64,000 nucleotides of DNA from Isoptericola halotolerans (GCF_013149785.1 NZ_JABEZU010000004.1:372001-436000); one strand, 5' to 3'; positions 7,852 to 18,511 are shown, counted from the first letter of the stretch. A program made the numbers and translations. Notes: generated by a model from the sequence alone, not told the origin.

Positions 7852-9192
7852 GTGACCCTCGCCCTGAGGTACGCCGCGCGGTCCGACGTCGGGCTGGTGC
7901 GGCAGAACAACCAGGACTCCGCGTACGCGGGACCCAACCTCCTGGTGGTCGCGGACGGCATGGGCGGTCACGCGGGCGGCGACATCGCCTCCAGCCTCGC
8001 GATCGCCGCCCTGGCCCCGCTCGACCGCTCCGAGCACGGCCCGCAGGAGGCGCTGGCCGACCTGGAGCGGACCGTCGAGCAGGCCCGCCAGGACCTGGTG
8101 CACGCCTCCGAGGTCGACCCGGACCTCGCCGGGATGGGAACCACCGTCACCGCGCTGCTCCGCTCCGGCAACACCCTCGCGATGGCGCACCTGGGCGACT
8201 CGCGCGCCTACCTGCTGCGTGACGGCGTGCTCAACCAGGTGACGGTGGACCACACGTTCGTCCAGCACCTGGTCGACACCGGTCGCATCTCCCCGGACGA
8301 GGCCGAGACCCACCCGCAGCGCAACGTCGTCATGCGCGTCCTGGGGGACTTCGACGTCGATCTCACCCCGGACATGTCGGTGCGGGAGGCGCACCCGGGG
8401 GACCGCTGGCTGCTGTGCTCCGACGGCCTGTCGGGTTTCGTGCCCGTCGAGCAGCTCGCCGAGGTCCTCACCGAGTGCGAGTCTCCCGAGGAGGCCGCGG
8501 ACCTGCTGCTCACGCTCGCGATGACGGCCGGCAGCACCGACAACATCACCGTCGTCGTCGCCGACGTCGTCGACCCGGACGAGGTCGGCACGACGGCGCC
8601 GACGACCTCGACGCAGGTCGTGGGCGCTGCCGCCGGTGAGATGTCCCCCGAGCTCGCCCGCCCGGCGCCGGACGCCCCCGCCGGCAGCGGCGAGGCGGGC
8701 GACGAGGACGACGAGGACGACGAGGAGCAGGACGAGGACGACGCCGGCCGGCGCCGCAAGCGGCCGTGGGTCGGCGTGCTCGTCACTCTCGTGGTCCTGG
8801 CAGGCCTCGGCTACGGCGGCTGGTGGGTCTACGGCTGGACGCAGGAGCAGTACTACGTCGGGGTCGCGGACGGCCAGGTCGCCGTGTACCAGGGCATCCC
8901 GCAGAGCGCGGGCCCGTTCGAGCTCTCGCAGCCCGTCGAGCTGACCGGCACGTCGGTCGACGAGCTCCCCGCCTACTGGAGCGAGCGCCTGGACGGCACG
9001 ATCCGTGCGTCCTCGCAGGCTGACGCCCGGGAGCGCGCCGACCGCCTCATCGACGAGGCGCTTCCCTCACCCACACTCACGCCCGAACCCAGCGCCACAG
9101 CGTCCCCGTCCGCCACCCCGTCGCCGAGCCCGGCCACCGACTCCGACCCCGAGGCCGGGCCCGACTCCGCGGACGAGGAGGCCGAGGCGTGA
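7852..9192 (+). CDS. pstP: PP2C Ser/Thr phosphatase PstP
   Basis: SDVGLVRQNNQD, VADGMGGH, HLGDSRAY, CSDGLS, DNIT; TM helix. Confidence 0.95.
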   Translation: MTLALRYAARSDVGLVRQNNQDSAYAGPNLLVVADGMGGHAGGDIASSLAIAALAPLDRSEHGPQEALADLERTVEQARQDLVHASEVDPDLAGMGTTVTALLRSGNTLAMAHLGDSRAYLLRDGVLNQVTVDHTFVQHLVDTGRISPDEAETHPQRNVVMRVLGDFDVDLTPDMSVREAHPGDRWLLCSDGLSGFVPVEQLAEVLTECESPEEAADLLLTLAMTAGSTDNITVVVADVVDPDEVGTTAPTTSTQVVGAAAGEMSPELARPAPDAPAGSGEAGDEDDEDDEEQDEDDAGRRRKRPWVGVLVTLVVLAGLGYGGWWVYGWTQEQYYVGVADGQVAVYQGIPQSAGPFELSQPVELTGTSVDELPAYWSERLDGTIRASSQADARERADRLIDEALPSPTLTPEPSATASPSATPSPSPATDSDPEAGPDSADEEAEA

Positions 9193-10781
9193 CGTCCGAG
9201 ACCTCCACGGTGCAGCCTCGCCAGCGCCGTCCGCTGCGGCTCGCCGAGGTGTTCCTGCTGATCCTGGCGCTGGCCGGCGGCGTCGGCGGCTTCGCGATGG
9301 TCGGCCTGTCGATCCGCGGCGAGCTGCCCGACCAGTTCTGGTTCCGCAGCATGCTGCTCGGTCTGACGGCGCTGGTCGCCCACATCGTGCTGCGGCTGCG
9401 TGCCCCGTGGGCCGACCAGGTGATCCTGCCCGCGGTCGTGCTCCTCAACGGCATCGGTCTGTCGATGATCTGGCGGCTCGAGATCTCGGGATCCGTCGGC
9501 ATGGCTCCCGCCAACGCCGCCGGCAACATGCAAGCCACGCTCCTGGGGGCGATCATCGCCTTCGCCCTGCTGTGGATCCTCAAGGACCACCGCTGGCTGC
9601 GCCGGTACACGTACACGGCGATGGTCGTGGGTCTGGTGATGATCGCCCTGCCGCTGATCCCCGGCGTCGGCCAGGAGATCAACGGTGCGCGCATCTGGGT
9701 CACCATCGGCGGCTCCTCCCTGCAGCCCGCCGAGTTCGCGAAGATCGCCTTCGCCGTCTTCTTCGCCGGCTACCTGGTGACGAACCGGGACACCCTGGCC
9801 CTGGCCGGGCCGAAGATCCTCGGGCTGCACCTCCCCCGGCTGCGCGACCTCGGTCCCATCCTGCTGGTCTGGGCGGCCTCCCTCGCCGTCCTCGTCCTGC
9901 AGCGTGACCTCGGGACGTCGCTGCTGTTCTTCGGGTTGTTCGTGGCGATGCTCTACCAGGCGACGGCTCGGTCGAGCTGGATGGTGCTGGGCCTGACGCT
10001 CTTCGCCGCGGGCGCGCTCGCCGCGGCCCGGGCGTTCCCGCACGTCGGTGCTCGGATCGACGTCTGGCTGCACCCGTTCGAACCGGCGCAGTACGACAGG
10101 GATCCCGGGGGGTCCTACCAGATCGTCCAGGGCCAGTTCTCGATGGCGAACGGTGGCCTGTTCGGCACAGGCTGGGGCGAGGGACGCCCGTTCCAGATCC
10201 CCTACGCCTTCTCGGACTTCATCTACGCGTCCATCGGCGAGGAGCTCGGCCTCACGGGGCTCGCCGCCATCCTGCTGACGTACCTGCTGATCGTGCAGCG
10301 TGGCCTCAAGTCGGCCCTCTCGGTGCGCGACGGCTTCGGCAAGCTGCTCGCCTGCGGTCTCGCGTTCGTCATGGCGCTGCAGGTGTTCGTGGTGGTCGGC
10401 GGCATCACGAGGGTCATCCCGTTGACGGGTCTGACGCTGCCGTTCATGGCGCAGGGCGGTTCCTCGCTGCTCGCGAACTGGCTCGTGATCGCTCTGCTGC
10501 TCCGGATATCCGACAGTGCTCGCCGCCCGTCCGACCTGCCCGTCCGGGGTCAGGTGTCGGCGGCACCGGCCGCGCCGGAGCCCGAACCGATCCTCGTGGG
10601 TTCGCCCGGGGCCGACGGCGGCACACCGGCGGACGGCACCCCTGCGGCCGGCAGCAACCTGCCGAGACGACGGATCGCCGACCGCGCGCCCACCGACGCC
10701 GCCGGCAGCACCGGCACCGCACAGACCGAGCACATCGGCACCGACGACCCCCCGCCGTACCGAGGAGGTGAGAGCACGTGA
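9189..10781 (+). CDS. rodA: SEDS peptidoglycan polymerase RodA
   Basis: Multi-TM; QPAEFAK, DLGTSL, SDFI..SIGEELG, IPLTGLTLPF. Confidence 0.95.
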   Translation: MTSETSTVQPRQRRPLRLAEVFLLILALAGGVGGFAMVGLSIRGELPDQFWFRSMLLGLTALVAHIVLRLRAPWADQVILPAVVLLNGIGLSMIWRLEISGSVGMAPANAAGNMQATLLGAIIAFALLWILKDHRWLRRYTYTAMVVGLVMIALPLIPGVGQEINGARIWVTIGGSSLQPAEFAKIAFAVFFAGYLVTNRDTLALAGPKILGLHLPRLRDLGPILLVWAASLAVLVLQRDLGTSLLFFGLFVAMLYQATARSSWMVLGLTLFAAGALAAARAFPHVGARIDVWLHPFEPAQYDRDPGGSYQIVQGQFSMANGGLFGTGWGEGRPFQIPYAFSDFIYASIGEELGLTGLAAILLTYLLIVQRGLKSALSVRDGFGKLLACGLAFVMALQVFVVVGGITRVIPLTGLTLPFMAQGGSSLLANWLVIALLLRISDSARRPSDLPVRGQVSAAPAAPEPEPILVGSPGADGGTPADGTPAAGSNLPRRRIADRAPTDAAGSTGTAQTEHIGTDDPPPYRGGEST

Positions 10782-12241
10782 ACACGACCACCCGCCGGCT
10801 GGCGAGCATCGTCATGGTCATGTTCCTCACGCTCCTCGTCTCCACGACGTGGATCCAGTTCTTCGCAGCCGACAGGCTCAACAGCGACCCCCGCAACGCG
10901 CGGGCGCTGTACGCGCAGTTCGGGACCGACCGCGGGCCGATCGTCGTCGACGGCGAGGCCGTGGCGAGCTCCGTGCCCAGCGACGACGAGTGGAACTACC
11001 AGCGCGAGTACGAGCGCGGCCGCCTCTACGCCCCGCTGACCGGGTACTACTCGCTCGTGAGCGGGACGTCCGGGATCGAACGGGCGGAGAACGACTTCCT
11101 CGCGGGCTCGGCCGACGCGCTGTGGGTCGAGCGCGTGCAGAACCTGCTCACCGGCTCGGACCCGCAGGGTTCCGCGGTGGAGCTGACGGTCGACGCGGCC
11201 GCCCAGGAGGCGGCGTGGGACGCCCTGGGTGACCAGCGGGGCGCCGTCGTCGCGCTGGAGCCGTCCACCGGCAAGATCCTCGCGATGGTCTCGAAGCCGA
11301 CGTTCAACCCGAACGACCTCGCCACCCACAACACGGGCGAGGCGAACGAGGCCTACCTGAACCTGCTGAACGACGAGAACCAGCCGCTGCTGAGCCGGGC
11401 CACGGCCACCACCCAGCCGCCCGGGTCGACGTTCAAGCTGATCACGGCCGCGGCGGCCCTGGAGAGCGGGGACTACGCGCCGGACACCGTCGTCGACGCT
11501 CCGTCGACCTACACCCTGACCGGCACGAGGACGGACGTGGGCAACTTCGGCGGCACGTCGTGCGCGTCGTCGGGCCAGATGACGCTCGCCGACGCGATGC
11601 GCATCTCCTGCAACACCGCGTTCCTCGACCTCGGTGGCGACCTCGGTGCGGAGGCGATGAACGAGCAGGCGGAGAAGTTCGGCTTCGGCTCCGGCTACGA
11701 CGTCCCCTTCTCCACCGCCGCCAGCCAGTACGACCCCGACCCGGACGAGATGTCCACCGCCCAGGTCGAGCTGTCCGGCATCGGTCAGGGCAGCGTGACG
11801 TCGACGCCGCTGCAGGTGGCGATGGTCTCCGCCGCGATCGCGAACGGGGGCGAGGTGATGGCGCCGTACTCCGTCGACACCATCCGCGACGCCGAGCTGC
11901 AGGTGGTCTCCGAGACGCGTCCCTCCAGCAACGGCCGCGCGATCTCCGAGGAGACGGCGTCCCAGCTCACGGACATGATGGTCAGCGTCGTGGAGGACGG
12001 CTCCGGCACCACCGCGCAGATCCCCGGGGTCACCGTGGCGGGCAAGACGGGCACGGCGCAGCACGGCGACAACTCCGCCCCTCCGCACGTGTGGTTCACC
12101 GGCTTCGCGCCGGCGGACGACCCGCAGGTGGCCGTCGCGGTGCTGGTGGAGGAGGGCGGGACCCTGGGAGGCTCGGCCACGGGCGGCCGGGTCGCGGCTC
12201 CCATCGCGAAGGCGGTCATCGAGGCGGTGCTGAACGGATGA
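10778..12241 (+). CDS. pbpA: Class B penicillin-binding protein PbpA
   Basis: SxxK (GSTFK), SxN (SCN), KTG motifs; overlaps the rodA stop. Confidence 0.95.
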   Translation: MNTTTRRLASIVMVMFLTLLVSTTWIQFFAADRLNSDPRNARALYAQFGTDRGPIVVDGEAVASSVPSDDEWNYQREYERGRLYAPLTGYYSLVSGTSGIERAENDFLAGSADALWVERVQNLLTGSDPQGSAVELTVDAAAQEAAWDALGDQRGAVVALEPSTGKILAMVSKPTFNPNDLATHNTGEANEAYLNLLNDENQPLLSRATATTQPPGSTFKLITAAAALESGDYAPDTVVDAPSTYTLTGTRTDVGNFGGTSCASSGQMTLADAMRISCNTAFLDLGGDLGAEAMNEQAEKFGFGSGYDVPFSTAASQYDPDPDEMSTAQVELSGIGQGSVTSTPLQVAMVSAAIANGGEVMAPYSVDTIRDAELQVVSETRPSSNGRAISEETASQLTDMMVSVVEDGSGTTAQIPGVTVAGKTGTAQHGDNSAPPHVWFTGFAPADDPQVAVAVLVEEGGTLGGSATGGRVAAPIAKAVIEAVLNG

Positions 12242-13674
12242 GACCCTCGATCGGGCTCTCGCTGGGGGAGCGCTACCGCCTCACCCGCCAGATCGCCGTC
12301 GGCGGCATGGGCGAGGTCTGGGTGGCCGACGACGGCTACCTCGGCCGGGACGTCGCGGTCAAGGTGCTTCGCGAGGAGTTCACCGGCAACGAGGACTTCC
12401 TCAAGCGACTGCGTACCGAGGCGCGCAACAGCGCCGCCCTGTCGCACCCGAACATCGCGCAGATGTACGACTACGGCGAGCAGGACGGCGCCGGGTTCCT
12501 CGTCATGGAGCTGGTGCTGGGCGAGCCCCTCGCGGACCTGCTCGAACGCGAGCCCGTGGTCACGCCGCGCAAGCTGCTCCCCATCCTGTCGGCGACAGCC
12601 CGCGGCCTGCACCATGCCCACAAGGCCAAGGTGGTCCACCGGGACGTCAAGCCGGGCAACATCCTGCTGGAGCACGACGGTGGTGTGAAGATCACCGACT
12701 TCGGCGTTTCCCTGGCCGCGAACCAGGCGACGATGACGGCGACCGGCATGGTCATGGGCACCGCGCAGTACCTCTCGCCCGAGCAGGCCGTCGGCCAGCC
12801 CGCGACGGCCGCCTCGGACCTCTACGCGCTGGGGATCGTCGCCTACGAGGGCACGGTGGGCAAGCGTCCCTTCACCGGGTCGACGCCGGTGGACATCGCC
12901 GTCGCGCACGTCAACAACGCGGTGCCGCCCCTGCCGCCGACGGTCCATCCCGGGCTGAACGACGTCATCATGCGGATGCTCGCGAAGGACCCGAACAAGA
13001 GACCCTCCTCCGGCGCCGCGCTGGCCGACGAGCTGGACGCGCTCGCCCGCGAGATCGCCGAGGACCCGCTCGGCGCCCGTTCGCGCGCCGCTCGCCGTGC
13101 CGCCCGCACGGGACGCCCGGCACCGGTCCGGCACGCACGGCCCGACGACGCCGTCCCCCCTCCACGCTCGCTCGATCCGGTGGCGGCCGACGCGCCGGCC
13201 CGCGCGCCGTCGACCCCCGACTCCGTCCCGCCGGCGTCACCCCGCAGCTATCCCGCCCGCCGCGACCTGCGCTCGGGCGGCACCCAGCGGCCCACCCCGC
13301 CGCAGGGAGACCCTCGCACGCGGGCCGCGGCCCGCAGCGACGCGACCCGCACGACGGCGTCGCGCTCGTCGCGCAGCACCCCCACCCCCGTCCGCAGCTC
13401 GACGACGACGGGGCAGCGGCTCGGCCCGCTCGGTCGCCTCTCCTGGCCGCTGCTGGCCCTGCTCGGCCTGCTCGGCGTGCTGCTCGTCGCGACGCTCCTG
13501 AGCGGGGTGTTCGGCGGCGACGACGGCGATGCCGCCGCGCTGCCGCTCCTGGCAGGGAGTGCACTGATGACTCGACCCGCGCGCCGCCGGGCGATGACCG
13601 ACCCCGACTCTGGGATGATGCTCCCGGACCCGTCGCACCCCGTCGGTGCGACAACGACCCAGAAGGACGTCTGA
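12238..13674 (+). CDS. pknA: Ser/Thr protein kinase PknA
   Basis: ATGA overlap with pbpA; GGMGEVW, VAVK, HRDVKPGN, DFG, GTAQYLSPE; C-terminal TM. Confidence 0.93.
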   Translation: MRPSIGLSLGERYRLTRQIAVGGMGEVWVADDGYLGRDVAVKVLREEFTGNEDFLKRLRTEARNSAALSHPNIAQMYDYGEQDGAGFLVMELVLGEPLADLLEREPVVTPRKLLPILSATARGLHHAHKAKVVHRDVKPGNILLEHDGGVKITDFGVSLAANQATMTATGMVMGTAQYLSPEQAVGQPATAASDLYALGIVAYEGTVGKRPFTGSTPVDIAVAHVNNAVPPLPPTVHPGLNDVIMRMLAKDPNKRPSSGAALADELDALAREIAEDPLGARSRAARRAARTGRPAPVRHARPDDAVPPPRSLDPVAADAPARAPSTPDSVPPASPRSYPARRDLRSGGTQRPTPPQGDPRTRAAARSDATRTTASRSSRSTPTPVRSSTTTGQRLGPLGRLSWPLLALLGLLGVLLVATLLSGVFGGDDGDAAALPLLAGSALMTRPARRRAMTDPDSGMMLPDPSHPVGATTTQKDV

Positions 13675-15747
13675 GTGGTGGACAACACGCCCCGAGTACT
13701 CGCGGGCCGGTACGAGGTCGGTGAGCTCATCGGCCGCGGTGGCATGGCCGAGGTGCACATCGGTCACGACACGCGCCTCGGCCGCACCGTCGCGATCAAG
13801 GTGCTGCGTTCCGACCTCGCCCGCGACCCGTCGTTCCTCGCCCGGTTCCGGCGCGAGGCGCAGTCGGCGGCCGCGCTGAACCACCCGGCGATCGTCGCGG
13901 TCTACGACACCGGCGAGGACACCTCCACCGACGCGACCGGGAACCAGGTCCACATCCCGTTCATCGTCATGGAGTACGTCGAGGGCCACACGGTCCGCGA
14001 CATCCTGGCCGACGGTGCCGCCGTGCCCATCGAGGAGGCCGTGGAGATCACGGTCGGCATCCTCAGCGCGCTGGAGTACTCCCACCACGCGGGCATCGTG
14101 CACCGTGACATCAAGCCGGCCAACGTGATGATCACGCCGACGGGCGCGGTCAAGGTGATGGACTTCGGCATCGCGCGGGCGATGGCGGACTCCGCCGCCA
14201 CCATGACCCAGGGGCAGGCCGTCATCGGCACCGCCCAGTACCTCTCGCCCGAGCAGGCTCGGGGCGAGCAGGTCGACGCCCGCAGCGACCTGTACTCCAC
14301 CGGCTGCGTGCTCTTCGAGCTCCTCACCGGCCGGCCGCCGTTCGTCGGGGACTCCCCGGTGGCGCTGGCCTACCAGCACGTGGGTCAGGAGCCGCAGCGG
14401 CCCAGCGAGATCGCCAACGACGTCCCCGAGGTGCTCGACCGGATCACCCTCACCGCGCTCACGAAGGACCGCGACCAGCGGTACTCGTCGGCCGGCGAGT
14501 TCCGGTCGGACCTCGAGGCTGCGATGCGAGGCGGTCATGTCATGGCGCCGGGCCTCGGCGCGCTCGGGGCCGGTGCCGCCGCGGGGTACGCCGCCACGCA
14601 GGTGCTGGGCGACCCGAACGGCACCCAGGTGATGTCCCCGGCCGGCGAGCCCTCGCCGTGGGGTCAGACCGGCCTTCCGGCGGACCAGACGGCCGTCGGG
14701 ACCCCCGCCGAGGCGGACGAGGAGGACAAGGGGAGCCGCAAGTGGCTCTGGTGGACCCTCATCGGCGTCGGTGTCCTGGCTCTGGCTGCCATCCTGTTCT
14801 TCTGGCTCAGCGGGGGAGAGGACGATCCCGACCTCGTCACGGTGCCCGAGCTCACGGCGAACATGAGCCGGACGGACGCCCAGCGCGCCATCGAGGACGT
14901 GGGGCTGGTCTACTCCGAGCGCGTCGAGGAGTCCGAGGAGCCCGAGAACACCCTGACCCGCTCCGATCCCGCCAGCGGTGAGGAGGTCGAGGCAGGCTCC
15001 CAGGTGGTCGTGTTCTTCTCCGGCGGACCGGAGACGTTCCCGATGCCCGACGTCACAGGGATGAGCCAACAGCAGGCCGAGAACGAGATCGAGGACGCAG
15101 GCCTCCAGGTCGGCAGCGTCGACGAGGAGGGCAGCGGATCGGTCTCCGAGGGCGACGTCATCTCCTCGGACCCGTCGCCCGGTGCCGCCGTCAACCCGGG
15201 GGACACCGTCGACCTCGTGATCTCGAACGGCCAGGTCCAGCTCCCGGACCTTCGCGGCATGACGCAGTCGGAGGCCGAGAGCCGCCTCGACGAGCTCGGG
15301 TTCAGCTCGACGATCACCACGCAGCCGGTCCAAGACCCGAACGACGTCGGACGGGTGGTCGACCAGTCGCCGAGCGCGGGATCCGTCCGCCAGGACACCC
15401 GCGTCGAGCTGACCATCGGTGGCGAACCCGAGATCGAGAGGGTCACGGTCCCCGACGTGGTCGGACGGACGGCCGACGACGCCGAGGAGATGCTGGGCGG
15501 CCAGACCAACCTCAGCGCGGTCCAGCGCACGGCATCCTCGGCCGACTACTGCCCCGGCTTCGTCTCCGCCCAGGACCCGCCGGCCGGGACGGAGCTCGAC
15601 GAGGGCTCGAACGTCACGATCACCGTGTCGACGGGCGCGGAGGGCCAGGACTGCAGCGCCGGTGAGGCCACGCCGGCCCCGCCGCAGGACGACGAGGAGC
15701 CGGGCTTCGGCTTCGGCGGCGACGACGAGGACCCCGAGGACGACTGA
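13675..15747 (+). CDS. pknB: PASTA-domain Ser/Thr kinase PknB
   Basis: GRGGMAEV, HRDIKPAN, DFGIAR; TM helix; four PASTA repeats. Confidence 0.96.
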   Translation: MVDNTPRVLAGRYEVGELIGRGGMAEVHIGHDTRLGRTVAIKVLRSDLARDPSFLARFRREAQSAAALNHPAIVAVYDTGEDTSTDATGNQVHIPFIVMEYVEGHTVRDILADGAAVPIEEAVEITVGILSALEYSHHAGIVHRDIKPANVMITPTGAVKVMDFGIARAMADSAATMTQGQAVIGTAQYLSPEQARGEQVDARSDLYSTGCVLFELLTGRPPFVGDSPVALAYQHVGQEPQRPSEIANDVPEVLDRITLTALTKDRDQRYSSAGEFRSDLEAAMRGGHVMAPGLGALGAGAAAGYAATQVLGDPNGTQVMSPAGEPSPWGQTGLPADQTAVGTPAEADEEDKGSRKWLWWTLIGVGVLALAAILFFWLSGGEDDPDLVTVPELTANMSRTDAQRAIEDVGLVYSERVEESEEPENTLTRSDPASGEEVEAGSQVVVFFSGGPETFPMPDVTGMSQQQAENEIEDAGLQVGSVDEEGSGSVSEGDVISSDPSPGAAVNPGDTVDLVISNGQVQLPDLRGMTQSEAESRLDELGFSSTITTQPVQDPNDVGRVVDQSPSAGSVRQDTRVELTIGGEPEIERVTVPDVVGRTADDAEEMLGGQTNLSAVQRTASSADYCPGFVSAQDPPAGTELDEGSNVTITVSTGAEGQDCSAGEATPAPPQDDEEPGFGFGGDDEDPEDD

Positions 15748-15777
15748 CACGTCCTCCCGCGCCGCGGGTGGCGCCGC

Positions 15778-16431
15778 TCAGCCCTGGTGGACGAGCGGCG
15801 CCATCCCGGCGGACCGTTCCACGGCGCCGGCGTCGCCGCACACGGCGAGCCAGTTGGCGAGCAGGCGGTGGCCGCCCTCGGTCAGCACCGACTCGGGGTG
15901 GAACTGCACCCCGTGCAGCGGCAGCTCACGGTGCTGGACGCCCATGACGACGTCGCCGCCCGTGGTGCAGGTGACCTCGAGCTCGTCGGGCACCGTGGCC
16001 GGCTCCACCGCGAGCGAGTGGTAGCGCGTCGCCGTGAAGGGTGAGCCCAGGCCGTCGAGGACGCCGACGCCCTGGTGCTCCACCTGGCTCGTCTTGCCGT
16101 GCATGAGCTCGGCCGCGTGCGACACGGTCGCCCCGTAGACCTCGGCGAGGGCCTGGTGCCCGAGGCAGACGCCCAGCATCGGGGTCGCCGACCGTGCGCA
16201 GGCCCGGATCACGTCCTCCGAGGATCCCGCCTGCTTCGGCGTGCCCGGTCCCGGCGAGACGAGGACGCCGTCGAAGGGCGTGCCGTCGTCGTGCCAGAAC
16301 CGGCCGTCCGCGTCGGGCTCGGGCACGGCGTCGTTGCGCACCACGGTGGTGCGGGCCCCGAGCTGGTCGAGGTAGCCGACGATCGTGTAGACGAAGGAGT
16401 CGTAGTTGTCGACGACGAGGATGGAGGTCAT
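15778..16431 (-). CDS. pabA: Aminodeoxychorismate/anthranilate synthase component II (glutamine amidotransferase)
   Basis: MTSILVVDNYDSFVY, SPGPG, GVCLGHQ, QFHPES. Confidence 0.93.
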   Translation of the reverse strand: MTSILVVDNYDSFVYTIVGYLDQLGARTTVVRNDAVPEPDADGRFWHDDGTPFDGVLVSPGPGTPKQAGSSEDVIRACARSATPMLGVCLGHQALAEVYGATVSHAAELMHGKTSQVEHQGVGVLDGLGSPFTATRYHSLAVEPATVPDELEVTCTTGGDVVMGVQHRELPLHGVQFHPESVLTEGGHRLLANWLAVCGDAGAVERSAGMAPLVHQG

Positions 16432-16592
16432 GGGTGCGCCTCGACGGTGTTGTCGTTGATGGGGACGTACGTGGAGAGCCAGGGGAAGAACCACTCGAAG
16501 CAGACCCAGACGAGGGCCACGGCCATCACGAGCAGGAACAGCACCCGGAACCATGCGGGTCCTGGGAGGATACGCCACAGTCCGCCGTACAT
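16428..16592 (-). CDS. Small single-pass membrane protein (54 aa)
   Basis: MYGGLWRILPGPAWFRVLFLLVMAVALVWVCFEWFFPW...; start overlaps the sortase stop and stop overlaps the pabA start. Confidence 0.75.
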   Translation of the reverse strand: MYGGLWRILPGPAWFRVLFLLVMAVALVWVCFEWFFPWLSTYVPINDNTVEAHP

Positions 16593-17380
16593 CAGGCCTC
16601 CTCGTCGCCGCTGCCGCGCACCTGGACGCCCGCCTCGATCAGCTCGATGGGGGTCCCTTCCTCGACCGGCGCCCAGTAGTCGAGCTCGCCGTAGACGATG
16701 AAGCGCTGGGCCGCCGAGTACATCGGGTGGCAGGCCGTCAACGTCAGGAGCCGGTCGGTGAGCTCGGGCACCGGCTCGCCGGGCATCAGGCCGGGCACCG
16801 GCGAGATGACCTCGACCTGGTTCGGCCAGACGATCTCGTCCGACGTCGTGCGGTAGACGTACCAGGTGGTCTCGGTGCGGAACACCAGCGGGTCGCCCTC
16901 CTGGAGCTCCGCGACCAGGTGGTACGGCTTGCCGTAGGTGGTGCGGTGCCCGGCCGTGGCGAAGTTGCCGACGTCGCCGGGCATGGCGGTGCCGGGGTAG
17001 TGCCCGGCACCGAGCCGGTCGAGCACCCGCTCCTTGTCGATTCCCTGCGCCACCGGGGTCACGTAGTCCGCTCCCCAGCGCGGCACGTACAGCTCGGCGA
17101 AGACCGTCTCGTCCGGCGGCTCCTCCATGACGGGAGGCTCGCCGCGGTGCTCGCCCGCGATCGCCGGACCGTCCTCGTCGTCGACGACGGACGGCGGCTC
17201 CGGCCACTCCAGCTCCGCGAGGATCTCGGTGTGCAGGCGTTCCGCCTGCACGTCCGTCCACCACAGCTGCCACACGACGAAGAGCCCGAGGAGCACCCCG
17301 GCCGTGATGAGCAGCTCGCCGAAGACGCCGACGACGCCGCTGACCACACCGCCACGGCGCTGCGGCCGCACGTGCCTCAC
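16592..17380 (-). CDS. Class E sortase
   Basis: N-terminal TM (GELLITAG...LWWTD), GNFATAGHRTTYG, LTLTACHP, Arg in QRFIVYG; GTGA overlap with DUF881. Confidence 0.9.
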   Translation of the reverse strand: MRHVRPQRRGGVVSGVVGVFGELLITAGVLLGLFVVWQLWWTDVQAERLHTEILAELEWPEPPSVVDDEDGPAIAGEHRGEPPVMEEPPDETVFAELYVPRWGADYVTPVAQGIDKERVLDRLGAGHYPGTAMPGDVGNFATAGHRTTYGKPYHLVAELQEGDPLVFRTETTWYVYRTTSDEIVWPNQVEVISPVPGLMPGEPVPELTDRLLTLTACHPMYSAAQRFIVYGELDYWAPVEEGTPIELIEAGVQVRGSGDEEA

Positions 17381-18108
17381 GAGAAGACGTCCGTCCCGTC
17401 GGGGACGGTGGCGTACCGGAGCTCCTGGCCCCCCTCGTAGGCGGGCATCTCGATGACGTCGTGCTGCTGCATGTCGTAGCCCAGTCCGATCCACTCGACG
17501 TACTGCTGGTAGATCGCCACGCCCGGGGACGCGGCGAGCGCGGCCTGCAGGTCCTCGGGGTCACCGATGGCCTCGACGACGAAGGGAGGGGAGAAGACCT
17601 TCCCGTGCAGCAGGAGGATGTTGCCCGAGCACCGGAACGCGCTCGTCGACGTCACCCGTTCACCCTGGAGCGTCATCGCCTCCGCACCGCCCGCCCACAG
17701 GGCGTTGATGACGTGCTGGAGATCCTGCTGGTGCACCACCAGGTCGTCCGGGCGGACGTCGGGCTTCTCCAGCGCCGACAGCGGGGCGTCCTCGAGCGCG
17801 ACGCTCACTCCCGCACCGGTCGCCGGCCAGGTCCCGGCCACGACGGACTCCCGGGCGCGCAGCTCCGGGTCGCGGCGCGGCACGTCGACGTCGATCGCCT
17901 CGCCCAGCCGGGTGACCTCATCGTCGAGGGCGCCGACCTGCTCGGCGAGACTCTCGACCCGTGCCGACTCGGCCGAGACCACCGAGGCAAGGTCTCCGGC
18001 GTGCCGGCTCTCCTGGTCGCCGGCGAGTCGGGCGCTGGCCGTGAAGAGCACACCGGAGAGCGCCAGCACGCAGGCCACGGACAGGCCCGAACGAAGCCGT
18101 GGTGACAT
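17377..18108 (-). CDS. DUF881 domain protein
   Basis: VVHQQDLQHVINALWAGGAEAMTLQGERV, SPPFVVEAIGD; ATG at 18108 follows a G-rich RBS. Confidence 0.9.
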   Translation of the reverse strand: MSPRLRSGLSVACVLALSGVLFTASARLAGDQESRHAGDLASVVSAESARVESLAEQVGALDDEVTRLGEAIDVDVPRRDPELRARESVVAGTWPATGAGVSVALEDAPLSALEKPDVRPDDLVVHQQDLQHVINALWAGGAEAMTLQGERVTSTSAFRCSGNILLLHGKVFSPPFVVEAIGDPEDLQAALAASPGVAIYQQYVEWIGLGYDMQQHDVIEMPAYEGGQELRYATVPDGTDVFS

Positions 18109-18229
18109 CGCGGTTCCCCCTCCTGGTGCCGGTCCGGTACGACTGGCCACTACGCTAGACGAAAAATCCGACGTCGGCGGTCGAGGACGACCCTCGGACG
18201 TCGCACAGCATCCCGACAGGAGTCAGCCC

Positions 18230-18484
18230 GTGTCCGAGTCGCAGCCTGCCAAGAAGAAGTCAGACCTCGGGTCGAACCCGACACCCCGCAAGTCGACGGC
18301 CAACCCGCCGTGGCTCGTCCCCACGATGCTCGGTCTGATGCTCGCGGGCCTCGCCTGGATCGTCCTCTACTACCTGACGAGCCAGAACCTCGGGCTCCCG
18401 GTGCCGCAGCTGGGCAACTGGAACCTCCTGGTCGGGTTCGTCCTGATCATCGCAGGGTTCTCGCTGACCACACGCTGGAAGTGA
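18230..18484 (+). CDS. crgA: Cell division protein CrgA
   Basis: GTG after AGGAG; NPPWLVPTMLGLMLAGLAWIVLYY...LGNWN...TRWK. Confidence 0.93.
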   Translation: MSESQPAKKKSDLGSNPTPRKSTANPPWLVPTMLGLMLAGLAWIVLYYLTSQNLGLPVPQLGNWNLLVGFVLIIAGFSLTTRWK

Positions 18485-18511
18485 CACCTGCTGTACAAGT
18501 TCCGCCGGTGT

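Noticed and set aside
11560..12237. Long N-terminal extensions in the ORF track for pknA (and likewise gyrB, cca, jag, murJ)
   Set aside because: They overlap neighbouring genes; better starts with an RBS or stop/start overlap exist downstream.
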